In this document: positions 41,510 to 53,231 of the stretch, in pieces
Layout: each line of letters begins with the position of its first letter
Numbering within the stretch: the first letter of the stretch is position 1
Source of the DNA: Raillietiella orientalis
Lineage: Eukaryota
DNA length: 64,000 nt
Direction: 5' to 3'
NCBI GenBank assembly: GCA_036172245.1
Contig: JAYWIR010000014.1
Span: forward strand, 1,984,001-2,048,000
Translations under genes and position numbers: made by a program
The notes under the pieces: generated by a model
What the model saw: only the letters and a program-made list of their open reading frames with translations
The model's database searches: none
Told to the model about the DNA's origin: nothing

Positions 41510-44500
41510 CTTTCCCCAGTCCGACTCGCGGTGGAGTGAATTTATTTCAATAAACATTCACACTACATACACTCAAACAACAAAAACGCGGTTACTGCCG
41601 CCGTCCATGTGGGTACAACACTACACCGTCCTGGCCGCAAACAGCCCTATCCGGAGGCAGTGTAGTAAAGTCTAGGATGGGACTCTTCCACATGCTCGGA
41701 TATTAATTTCCCTTTTTAAGAGTGCACATAGAACGTCCAGGGCACTGCACACTTGACTATGGGAAAGTTTTGTTCTTCTTATGAGGATACTCCTCATGAA
41801 GGAGGTCGCGATCACTCTTACGGTGGGGTTGTAGCGGGGTACTCCGTTTTCGCCTTCGAAGAGTCCTCTCAGGATCTCCAGCATCGACGTTTCCTCCATC
41901 CGCACCGCCCTCTTTATGGTTTTCCAGTTCCGCACGAGGGTGCGACAGGTGTAGATGTGCAGGTCATCTTCGATGGACCCACACCCTGGGCACAGGTCGT
42001 CGTCGAGATTTCTGGTCCAGTGTTGAAGCCTTGTGCCACACAGGATGCCTCCGTGATAAAACATCAGGAGGCACTCCTGAATGTCCGGTGGCAACGAGAA
42101 TCTCCATAGGACCGTCCCGATTGCCTTTGAGTCGACGGCGGGATTGCCTAACCGCGACTTCATTTTTCGCGCTGCCTCGGATGGTGATGTTTCCTTGGAA
42201 CTGAGAGGGTTGTTGTTCAGGAGGTTCACCCTGGACAACTGCGTGCCTTGATCCTGCCAAAACTCCCGGGTCCTGTGAGTTATCCTCCTTTCCAGTTGCT
42301 TTTTTTTTTTTATATGAGAGGACTCGTCGTGCGTGTATAACCACGCTGTTCGACAGTCGCTCGCATGCCTCCATGATCACTTTCCGGGTCTTCTGGATCC
42401 ACATTCCCGTTTCCCAAGGGACGCTGATAAACAGCGGGATCACCTTGGTGGGTTTTTTGCTCCATAGCTCCTTTCTCCTTGGCACAATTCGTAATCTGAA
42501 GGTCCATATCAGACTCTGGATTCGCAGCGACGTTGGGTCCACTTTGTCCCAGTCGCCCGCGGTGAGCGCCCAGGCGGACATGAGGCCGTCGGTTCCGTGC
42601 ACCAGTCTTGCGAAGGCGCGGTGGAACGCAAACGGTCACTCGTCCCCTGCGCTAACCATTCGGACCAGATGTTTGAGGTCCTGGAGCTTCACGGCAGTGG
42701 CGACTTCGCGCATGCAGGTGCCTCCTTCCGTCCGCGGGCGACACAGGTACTACAACTTCGTCTTGGGTCTTTTGCCGCTCCACACAAGATTCCTCTGGAT
42801 GTCGGCCAGGTCTTTTGCCGTCCTTTTAGGGAACGCTAGAAATGACGTGGTGAAGAGAAACTTCGACGCCATGATCCCGTTCCAGAAGTTTGCCCTGTCG
42901 TTCTGCGAGAAGGATCTTTCGGTATATTGGCTGATTTCTTCGCGTAGCTTGGCCAAGATGGTCGACCATTGCTGCGATTACAGGGCAGGTGTTTCATCGC
43001 CGATGTGTACCCCGAGGTACTTGACACTTGACGCTGTCTGGAAGCCGTGGGCGTGGAGGACGGTGACGTCCAGGATTTCCACGGCAAGCAGATGGGACTT
43101 GGGATTCACCTTGAGTCCAATACCCCACTCCATGGCCTGAACGACGTCCAGGAATGCCTCCTGGTCCCGCTCGTCAGACATGAAGAAAAGCAGGTCATCG
43201 GCGTAGGCCAGGTGAGTGATGTTGAGTTCTTCGCACAGGCCAATACCCTTGAGTCGGCTCTCGTGTTGAACGAAGGCACTTACTGCCTCCATGTATATCA
43301 CGAAGAGCACCGGGTTCAGGGTATCTCCCTGTCGGACTCCTCTTTCCATCTTGATGTTGTGCGACGATAGCCCTTTCATGCTAATCGAGAAGTTGGCCTC
43401 CTTCAAGGAGTGTGCCACGTGCTGCACGAATCTCCCCTGGAAGCTCAGCTTTCCGAGGATCTTCAGCAGCATGGCGTGGTCCACCGAGTCGAAGACCTTC
43501 TCGATGTCGGCAAAGCCCAGCACCAATCCTTGCCCAGGATACAAGTGTAAGCCAGGAGGACCTGGGCGCACTTCAGGTTATCCCACATGCATCTATCTGG
43601 CACGGCACACGTCTGTGTGGGGGAAACCACCGACTTCATGCATTTGTGCTGCTTGTTGGCCCAGATCTTCACCATCCATTTTGCGTCCGAATGCAGGACG
43701 GATATGGGCCTCCACTGGGTGACGTTGCGGAGGTCCCCGCCGCTCTTGGGGAGCGGCCTCATCCTGCTTCGGTGAAAGGAGGCGGGCAGTCGTTCTTCTC
43801 GGTCGATGCACTCCAGTAGCTGACGAAATAGGAGTAGGTAGTCGGGCAGGTGTCTCGGATAGTGCGTCATGGAACGCTACCAGGACCCGCTGCCACATCC
43901 TTGAGCAATCCGTTGAACGCCGCTTTGACTTCTTCGACGGTTAATTGCTCTTCCAGGTCATATAGTTCTTGGGAGGTCAGGCGTTTCTTCACTCAACGGA
44001 GAAGCCGTTCCTCGCCTCCCGGGCCCAAAGTCCTTCTTGAGAATAACTCAGAGTAGTGGTGCTGGAGAGCTTCCAGCACTTGCTCCGAGGTCCGGTAGTC
44101 CTTGTTTTAGTAACGGATATGAAAGATGCCCGTTGCCAAGTTGCGTTTCTACAGCCGTACGATGTCCTGTTTGACGCTCCTTTCGAGGAAGAGCCTCTGG
44201 TACTGTTCCCAATACTCAGAGTGGGAGGGATGGAGTTGGTGGTCTCCCTGTACGCTTCCTCGTGGAGGTCCCTGTCGCCGTATTGCATGTTCGAGAAGAG
44301 ATGCAAGGTGTGTTTCAGGATATCCCAGTCGTCCACGCGCAGGATGCTGGTCGTGGAGAGGATGGTTTCCACGAGGCGCTGGTACGGGGGACAACGTTCA
44401 TACCACTCGGGCATGCAGATGAGTGCCATCCGGGGCATCGCGTTTTCTTTCCTGGGATTCCTGGATGCCATTTTCCATTTCAACAGGGGATGATCCGAGA

Positions 44501-45193
44501 TCCCGGTGTTGAGCTCTCGGATCCCCTAGGTGCGATTCGCGAGAGTTTCCGAACGCAGGACGTAGTCGATGCGCGTCGAGTTTGCCCCCGTGCATAGGAG
44601 GGAAAGTTCTTCCACCATGCATCGGTAGATGCCGTTCGCACACGACTCGTCGTGCCGCCTGCCGTCCAGGTGGACGTTGAAGGCGCCCGCGATCACTACG
44701 ACGTCTTTCGAGGTGACCTTGTTGTTGATTAACTCTGCGAGTGCTGTTGCGAACTTTCTTGAGGAGCAGGAACTCTTCGTTATTTCCTTGCCGACGATTA
44801 CGCCGTTCCTCGCGGATGACGGAGCCTTTGAAACTAGGGCGGACGCGGCCACGCTCTCGTACGACGGCACTGCGGGTGTGCCTGACCTGCTGCCGCAGCT
44901 CCCGACGTCTGTTCGTCGCGATCTCCGTGGGCGGTCCAGCTTTCACTTCCATCCTCGGTATCTTTTCCTTCCTCTTCCCCTCTTTGCTGGTTTCCTCCTC
45001 GTGTGGCTGTAGAAGACTCCATCTTCCACACTAGCACTGAACACTCACTTTGTCACTTTAGGTTTGCCCGCTCGGGGCACGCAAAAATTGCCTCGACAGC
45101 GGTATTTCACGCTGCCTTGGCGGGGTATTGGGTAAAGTTTTCAACTAGCAATAATCGTGCCCCCCTTTCTATCTGCTGCTGCGATATTGCCCG
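41510..45193 (-). mobile_element. Degenerate L1/Tx1-like non-LTR retrotransposon (APE endonuclease - RT - CCHC), internally deleted, with 15-bp TSD
   Basis: APE motifs IAGAFN, TRIDYV and ISDH; RT motifs LPKSGGDLRNVTQWRPISVL, DIEKVFDSVDH, GVRQGDTLNPVLF, LAYADD and VKYLG; C-terminal CPGCGSIEDDLHIYTC. Multiple stops and frameshifts. Flanked by a perfect direct repeat TGATTTCATATTTGT at 41495-41509 and 45194-45208. Confidence 0.93.
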
Positions 45194-45309
45194 TGATTTC
45201 ATATTTGTTCTAACGTGATAAGGTGTGTCTGCCACCCGGATTTGAAAATAAAAGTACAAGCAAATGTTCCTGTGGCGAACCGCTTGGTTCACCACTTTAT
45301 GGCAACTTG

Positions 45310-46863
45310 TCATTCACCGGTTGTGACACTGGCGAGCTCTGTTTCCGCAGAGAATGGGACGGGAAAAACACAAACAAAAAGTACAACAAGGGTGTGTGAG
45401 ATGTTCTGGAGGAAGAGAGGGCAGGGAAGGGATCACTGCTCTCTGGGGGACGTCCTCTATATCCTATTCAGGATACCTGCAAGTTGCATCCTTACATTGC
45501 CCAGGTGGGGCCATCGGGATGCGGTCCTCAAAAAGAGACGTGTCCAATGGATGGCATCCTTGCCATTCTGTCCTCTTCTCGATGCGTTCCAGGACACCAG
45601 GATTCCTCGAATGCAGCACAGAACTGCCAAAGCCGCGGCCCGGAGCAGAGAGGTACGCATGAAGAGGAGCTTAAAAATGTCCCTGGGACCACCTTCGGGG
45701 ATGTCTAGGATCGTCGACGGACGATCGAAGAAGGATCGGAGGGTGGCACAGTCAATCACAGGGTGCGGCAGAGTCTCTTTGACACCGCACCTTTCGCAGC
45801 GCACACTTCCTCGTGAGTGAGGCGTGCTTTGCATGGGAGTCCCCAATGCAACACTAGCAACGCCATTGCATGGGGAGGGTGCCATTGTTCCAACATGCTG
45901 GGGGGTCACTTCACCCCCCTGGGGGTATCGCGAGCAGCTCGCCCCAGCGTAAAAGTCCTTTAAGCAGGACACTCCGGGTCGCAGCGTGCGCTAGCTGCCG
46001 AGTTGTCCACGTTTTGAAAAGTTTTTCTCCTGCCTCCGATGAGACAGGACACTTCCCACGTTTCCGGTTCGTTGCTGTCCCTGGAGATCTCGAGGGGAGG
46101 CAGCACTGGGGCAAGGAGGGTTAACGAATGCCCATAAAAGCTTCTGTGGGTTCTGCACGATCTCCTGCAGGGTCTGCCTAGCGTGCCTCTCTCTCCGGAG
46201 GCAGGCGTAGTCTGCCTCGCTCGGGCCGGTGATTTTTCTCCATGAGGAAACTGACTCCTGAAGCCAGACAGTGCAGTTCGGGGGAGGTGGGAGATCCAGG
46301 CGTTCTCCTGGACCACAGCAACCATCCGACGCAGCTGAGGGCCAACGTGCTTCTTCAGGCAGCCGTCATGGGCCACAGGAATCGATAAGAGTCCTTCCCA
46401 GCCCGTCGCTCTTTTGGCCAGGAGGCGTGCTGGCGCGCACCAAGGCGTATTCCACAGTTTCGCCTACAGGACGACTATTCTGATCTGGAGCTGAAGCTCC
46501 ATGCTCTCTAACGTAAGGAGGTCCAGTCCACCGTCCTTGTGTGGAGCGCACAAGTCTTTCAGTCGGACTCGGGGCCTCCCTGTGCCCCACAGAACCTTTC
46601 TTGAGCAGTTCCGTTTCTTCATGTGGGAAGGGGGCGGGACAAACAAAAAGCAAAGAGAGGAGGAAGGGAGCCGCGAACGCGTTCCACACCGCGGCCCACT
46701 CCTGCAAGTGAAACTTGCCGTTTTGGAACGGGCCGGGCGCCATCCCTACTTTTTGGAGACGGCCGGACCAGACTTCTGCTATGCAGAAGTCCCCTAACGG
46801 AACACCGAGGTACTTGATGTACCGCTCGTGGGGATCGCCAAGCGTGATGACGTTAATTCTCAA
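45310..46863 (-). mobile_element. 5'-truncated L1/Tx1-like LINE fragment (family B, copy 1)
   Basis: YIKYLGVPLG, LWGTGRPRVRLKDLCAPHKDGGLDL, QLRRMVAVVQENAWIS and CERCGVKETLPHPVIDC followed by AAALAVLCCIRG; frameshifted. Confidence 0.85.
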
Positions 46864-49800
46864 TAGTGTCCATTTTTTTGTGATTCATACACATATGTTT
46901 AATGTCGCGAGATTCCATGTTTCAATTCTGTTTCAAGGTACGAAGGATCTGAGAAATTGATTGCGTAGTATTGTAGAATGACTTGCATGCTTTTATCTGT
47001 GACCCCTATTCTAAAATTTGAATACAATCACATTTGAGTTCGAAACGTAAGAATCAGTCTCTTCGCATATCCTTATACCTTCTTCAGCGCTTTGTACGCT
47101 CCCAGATGAATGTATTTCTACTGACATATTTCTAAATCTTATACGCGTGTCCCACTGATGAAAGCGAATTCTGGCTGCAAACTCGTTTGCTAGGTGTGAT
47201 GGAAAAAGTCATGAAAATTCTGGAGGGAACAAAATGCAGGAAAGAATCAGTGAGAGGAAATAAACCGAAAGCAAGTAAAATATACGAAAGCATGATGACC
47301 ATGAAAACTGAAGAGGCACCTCTCACCCCAGTTTTATCGCCGTGTCAATGGAAGGTTTCTCACTCTTCCAAAAAAAAAATCAAGCATTCTCCTGAAAGGA
47401 ATTAACGAGCAGACCAATTTAATGCACTTGTTCCTGTTTGTTTGTTTGCAGGAAACACAGACAAAGCGTGTTTCAGAAAACACACCCCACTGTTCACGAA
47501 GTGTAAGAACGATGCCGAAAATCTTGCAGGAGTGACAGTGAACTACGGAGGAAAATATTGCATCTCGGCACGATTCCCTTTTGAAATGTAGGATCGATTT
47601 TACGAGACTTTTGTGTATTTTCTGCGGCATTCAACTTACGTAGATGTCTTCTAGCGATCCTTCTATCGAGAGGAAAGGGTAGGTTGCACCGGGTTTCTCC
47701 ATTTCCATTTTGCAAATTACCTGCCATGCATGACGACTGGAGGAACATAGAAGCATCTCAATGAACTCAAATCTGTCATCATTACGACTTGTGTCAACAA
47801 GGTATCCAATTTCTCCTGGAAGTTTGGGTTGAACTCCTAAATTTGATTTCCCCTTGCTATGCCTTCCTGCACCATCGGTCAGTGATTCCAACGAGGGAAG
47901 ATCATCAGCTTCTGTGTTCTTCTGGCTTGGATTTTCTCCCATCCCGGACTGCACGGTTCGCTTCCTCATGCGACCACGTAAGAGCCACCGGATGTGCTTT
48001 CGTAATTGCTTGCTTCCATAATCGTCTCATCCCGGGATTTATCCTTGTCTGTTACTTTCATCGGGTCCTTGGACGCATCTGCTTTCTTGAGGGTCGACCT
48101 CGTAGCTGTCTCGATGTTTTGCAGGTGAGGAAGGATGATTTCCCTCCACAGTTGTCAATGTTGACACCAGCGTATCGCCTTCCGGGAATCCTGCTGCTTC
48201 TTGAGAATAATTGACCGTTTCTGCATTAAGGGGGGAACTGCCAGGGCGCTACGGCTACTGTTCCCGGCAATGTCCTGCCCCGCAACTGGATAATCGGGGT
48301 GGCTTGGTCGTGTGGGCCCATCGGCTAAACTTGCGACTTACGGTTGGTTTATCCTGACGTGTTGCTCCCAGTCGAGATGACGCAAACCGCACTTGCCAAA
48401 CGCGGGACTGGTAGAAACTTGCAGACGGGTTCGCAGGGATGGTTTGGCTTCTGAGGTCTTTTTCGTGAACTGAGAGAGAAAGGCCTACGGAAATAAATGA
48501 GAAGATGACTGGAGAGATCTCGCCGGGTCAATAGTTCCATCAACGCGCCGATGCATTTCCCGACGAGTGCAGATTTTGCCAATCGGCTGCTGCACTTGAC
48601 TGCAGCATGGGGAGCGTTCTGCGAGCGCACGCGTGTGAGTGCCCTTCGGACAACTTGACACTTGGCAACTCGATTTTCACTGCGACACTCCAAAAGGCCA
48701 AAAAAAAGGAACGAAAAGAAAAGAAACGGACGCTGCCACTCTCTCGGTTTATGTGGCATTCGCTGTCGCTCCTGAGAAGGGAAGAGTGCAGACGACCTTT
48801 TCGCCCACCTTCCGAAGTGGTGCCTTTTGAGTTCGGTGCTGACAACAACCAACCAACAGGCAAACAAACGAAAGAAAAAAAAACCTCCAGTGCAACCAGA
48901 CCTCAGAAAGCGCGTTCATGCTTGCATACCCGGGACTTCCTTCCTCGTATTTGCTCCCGGTTTCACACCTGTCAGAGGATGTTTTTACGCAGCGCTACAA
49001 GGCGCAAGCCGAAGCGTTTCCCGTGCTTCCACGTGCGTACGAGAAAGTTCACTGAAAGTGTGCGTCTTGGCAGACACAGCCGCTGGTGTTCCACTTGAGA
49101 GTATTTACAAGTCTTGCAAATGTGCACGCAATTCCGGGTCGAACAGCACGCGGCTGCGAAGATGCACCGCACTCTTGGACGCGAATGCGCAACAAGCGCT
49201 TGCTCGTTTTGCGGGTCGATGACGTCACCGCGAATCGATGGCGGAACGCGGGACGCTCGGGTGCCGATCAGCTGTCGGAACTGGAAGATGTGTCGGACTG
49301 AAGTTCCGCGAAGATGACGGGTAGGATGTGTTCCAGAGAGCCGTTTCCGAATTCCACTTTCCAGAGCAGCGAGGAGGGCGGGTAATCGGCTGAAAGTTAT
49401 TCTTCACATGGGGGTCCTTGCGCGGAATGTGGAAAGCCCTGGGCAAGTCCCGAGAGTATTCATTTAACTCTACGAAGATCCAGTGAGGATTTGCATAGAA
49501 GGAGACGAGAAATCCCGAACTGCAGAATTTTCAAGAGGCAGCCCAGGGAACAAGACGCAGACTCACACTATGAGGTCATACATCCGGTAAGGGGAAAAGC
49601 AGCTGCAACGAAATGGGACGGCCGACCCACAGTGCTGACGGCGAAAGTTTCATTCAGTCAGTCCCTTTTTTTTTTTTCTATGACTATATCTAAAATTAAC
49701 CTGACAGCCGTTGAAAGTTTGCTGTTCTTCCTTTCTGTCCTCGGAGGCGTAAGTCGTCAAGGAGGGCAACGGATCTCCTTGGGCCCAGCTGAAGGCCTGC

Positions 49801-49941
49801 TTACGCCATTTCCATGGAGTCTCTCCATGCCAAAGCGAACCGCTGGAACTCGCCAGTGTCTTTCTTGGTCCCAAGAGGAAAAACAAAGGTGTGCAAAAGA
49901 TCTGTGGATGCATCTGACACCAAGACGTTCCATGTTTTCGA

Positions 49942-50809
49942 TGGAAATCCTTTTGGGTTCCTTTCTGTCTTTCTGGCTGCTTTCCTTGCCGCCTTTTTCT
50001 TTTATTTTTCATTTCGGGCTTCCTTTTTGGGGGGCTCGCCAAGTGCTGAAGAACCGTCGCGCTCTTGGAGGCTCACGCAGCTCCTTGACCCTGCCCGCGC
50101 CGCCCGGGGGTGCGTGTGATTCTTTCTCAAGTTATAGGGGATATCCCGGAGGAATACCGTGTGAATCCAGGAAGGGCTCAGGAGCAAGGAGTCCATCCCT
50201 CTTGAGCTTGGTAGGGGAAGCCCGAAGAGGAACCCACCTCTTCCCCATTCTCTCCAGGGGGTCACCCGACTTGCGGGGACTGCTCCTCGTTTCTTCTCCC
50301 AAAAAAACCGGGAAAGGATCCCCTCTCGGAATTTCTTCTCCGGAAGGCACCCCCACAAGGGAACCGCCCCTTGTTATCCTGAGAGGACGCTCCCAAATTT
50401 TCACTAGAGGGCGCTCCCCGAAGAGAGCAGTTCTTGACACTCTGGAGAGGCATCAAAGCTCCATGGTACTGGATGGTGGGTCCTCCCCGAGGGAGAGGAC
50501 GGCTCCATTTTTATAACCGCAGGGTAGTCCCAAAGGTAACCGGCCCTTTGATGTCTTCGAGGGAACCCGGGGGGTTGACTTTCAATCCTGGCCAGTAGAT
50601 GGGGGCATCCGGGAGTTTCCGGCTGCTTGCACCAGTGCTGCACCCGAAAGCTGTAGGGCAACCGGCGTCATCCTGCGGAGAGGAAGGGAGACTCGAAACC
50701 CACGACTCACCCCCCGTTCTCGGCCGTCGATCCTCTCCCGGGTGGGGATTCGAACGTGCAACGCTTGGTGCCACGCGCGGAGGCCGCAGCAGCCGCCAAC
50801 GTGGACTTA
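49942..50809 (-). mobile_element. ~870 bp non-coding SINE/MITE-like element, copy 1, with 12-bp TSD
   Basis: Homologous to 57428-58332 and 58850-59645. Flanked by CCATGTTTTCGA at 49930-49941 and 50810-50821. B-box-like GTTCGAATCC on the - strand (50746-50755). Confidence 0.8.
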
Positions 50810-51099
50810 CCATGTTTTCGAGAACCATGCTCATTACATTGGAACCCAACGAGAGGGAAAGTTTGCTTTTCAAAAGAAGCAAAGAAGCGTCAGTGTCACT
50901 AGTATTTTCGTATCTTCCGGTTGACACATGGAAAATCTTCGAAAGACGATAGCGTACACGACAGGGACTGTTCGGTACGGTACTCGATGGCTCCAGACTG
51001 CCCTTGCAATGGGATTTCGTGTCCAATCCTTCTGCAAATGCTGTACAAGTGCTTTGGGCTGCTCTTCCGCTATTTTCGCAATTTTTTTTCCGCCAATAA

Positions 51100-52790
51100 T
51101 GCAAACTTAGTGCCGACGATGCGCTTTCCGGATACTATGGCCGCTGCGAGTACCATCTCCCGAAGAAGGACACTGGGGACTTGAGTCTGCAGGGTGAGCT
51201 TCTTGCCGGAGCGCCTGTCTCGGTTGCAGGTTTTCGTCCAGCTGCCTCGTCTCTGGCAGGCGGAGGTGGGCTCCCATATGCAGCGCCTCGGCTGCGCCGC
51301 GCATTGGAACGCACCGTTTAGCGGACCCCCCGCACCGCCGTTCCTCCTGGCGACGTGACCGGGAGTGTCGCACGCGAGGATCGAGCCGCGGCTCTCCCCA
51401 TCCCCTCACCACTCCTCTTTCGCGCGTACGATCCGCGCCCCTCTCCCCTTGCGCTCTACCTTCCCTTAGGGAGCACATGGGCAGCAACGTTACGGCTAGA
51501 TGGAAGGTTACTGTGGAAATCTCCGGAAGGAGAAAAGGACTGGACGAGTGGACGACGGGCCAGCTTACCGACTCTGAGACTCCGGTTGCTGGACCTTGTG
51601 GGCTTTTGCGTTGGGGCGTGCTACTGGGTCTACAGTGGCCCCTGATGCTAATGAACACCCGCACCCTCCCCTTAAAATGGCAGGAGTCGGCATTGATGCT
51701 GCTACACCGGGGCATCCCGTGCACCGTGCACCGCCGGCATCATGTGACTCAAAGGTGGGGAAGATCCAAACTGTGCCAGGTGCGGGGAGAGGAAATCCCT
51801 CCCTCACCCCCTAGTGTTGCCCTCCGACCCATTTGGGAACGCTTTGCAGCGACCCTTGGAACCCCCAGCAGCAGCGCCAGAGACTTTTTAAAGCCCCTCT
51901 TGCGCAACGCCCTCATGCCGGCCGCATCCCCAGCAGCACTCTGCTGCCTATGCAGGACCGTGGCTGCATAGAGCAGCAACGCCAGAGTCCAGGACGACAG
52001 GGACACCATCTATTTCACCGTTCTTTTCATGAGGAGAGCGTCAAGATGGCCCCATCTGGAAGTCTTGAAACAGGAACTTGCCTGCATCCTTACAAGGATG
52101 GACGTCCTCCAGCACACAGTGATGTAGCGCCTGGAATCCTCGCAGACGAACTCCCGGTCTTCAAAGTTCGCCTGGGGCGGCTCTGTGCTCTTCCTCCGAC
52201 TTCCGCGCAAGACGGCGTTGTCTTTGAATCGAGGTTTCCCAAGCAACTCGTCTTGCCTCAGGGCAGCGAGTGGTTACCCCGCACTGCGTGGTGATCCAGC
52301 ATCCCATGTGTGGTGTCTTTTTGTCGGGATGCGGTCCTCTCGTGCCCGACAGGCACCATTCGGGTTTTCTTTCTTCAGCAGGGACTTTCCGCGACCTCGG
52401 CAGTAGCGATACTGTGCTTCCTCGTTCGCGGCACCGTGGTAGCACGCCTGAAGCGATGAACACTCCAAGAAGAGAGGGAGACACTTCTGGATCTTTCCAT
52501 GGTGCGCCAGCAGGTGTGGCTTCAGCTAGAGGCAGTCGACAGAGGAAAACCCAGTCACATCGTCCAGGGGCACAGAAGGGGTAGGGGTTGGATTGGGCAC
52601 TTACCACTAGTTCCTTTCCCTCGCCCCGCCAGTCCCGTGCCTACTCATTTATTGTCTCCTCCGCTTTGGTGCACCGTGAGCAGAACTGCGCTTAGAGGAT
52701 TCCTCCACTTATATTTGTACACAAGGGCGCGAGATTTCCTTGCTGCCGTTTGAATGCTTCTTTCACTAAACGTCCCGGCGCAACCGGGTT
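51100..52790 (+). mobile_element. LINE family B 3' fragment (copy 2)
   Basis: LMLLHRGIP...ARDFLKPLLRNALMPAASPAALCCLCR is homologous to copy 1. Terminal hairpin CCCGG-CGCAA-CCGGG at 52774-52788. The 5' boundary is approximate. Confidence 0.65.
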
Positions 52791-53231
52791 TACGAGGACC
52801 ACTTCTGGGAGAGCATCAACTTTGTTTCAAAAGGAGAAAGAAAAATAACCTAAGGGTAGGGACAATGGACGACCTTGCGTGTTAGTTTTCTACGCTTCCG
52901 TGGTCCCCAAATCAGCAAGCCCGAAAGGTGAATGGCATTGGTCGTGAGGCATTCCCTTGTCAAGGAGAGTCTCTGGGTAAGGGGCCGACCACGTGCCCTG
53001 TTGGATAACACCGGGCGGATCCAGGAAGCTTTCTGTACACCGGGTGTCACCCTAGGTTTCCCGATTGGATCAGCTTCACACGCGCTGCTCGCCCGAACTT
53101 ACCGTTTGCGAGTGGTGCCTTCTAAGAGCGGTGCGCGAACTCAGGCTTGGAAGGCGTTCGGATTGGAAAGGTCACTCGCCCACGTCCTCGACCCACTGCC
53201 TGTGAAATTCTCCCTTCGAAACTGAGATGCA

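Noticed and set aside
39591..45208. tRNA-targeted (Tx1/Dewa- or TRE-like) site-specific insertion of the LINE
   Set aside because: The element ends ~1.85 kb from the tRNA, and its TSD (TGATTTCATATTTGT) is not tRNA or snRNA sequence.
49300..49640. Possible L1 ORF1 C-terminal remnant (EDLHRRRRE...YEVIHPVR)
   Set aside because: The resemblance is weak and interrupted by stops; it needs an HMM search.
49491..50516. 341-aa ORF, the longest in the track
   Set aside because: It runs across the TSD into the GC-rich repeat, and the frame is not conserved in copies 2 and 3, so it is most likely a chance ORF.
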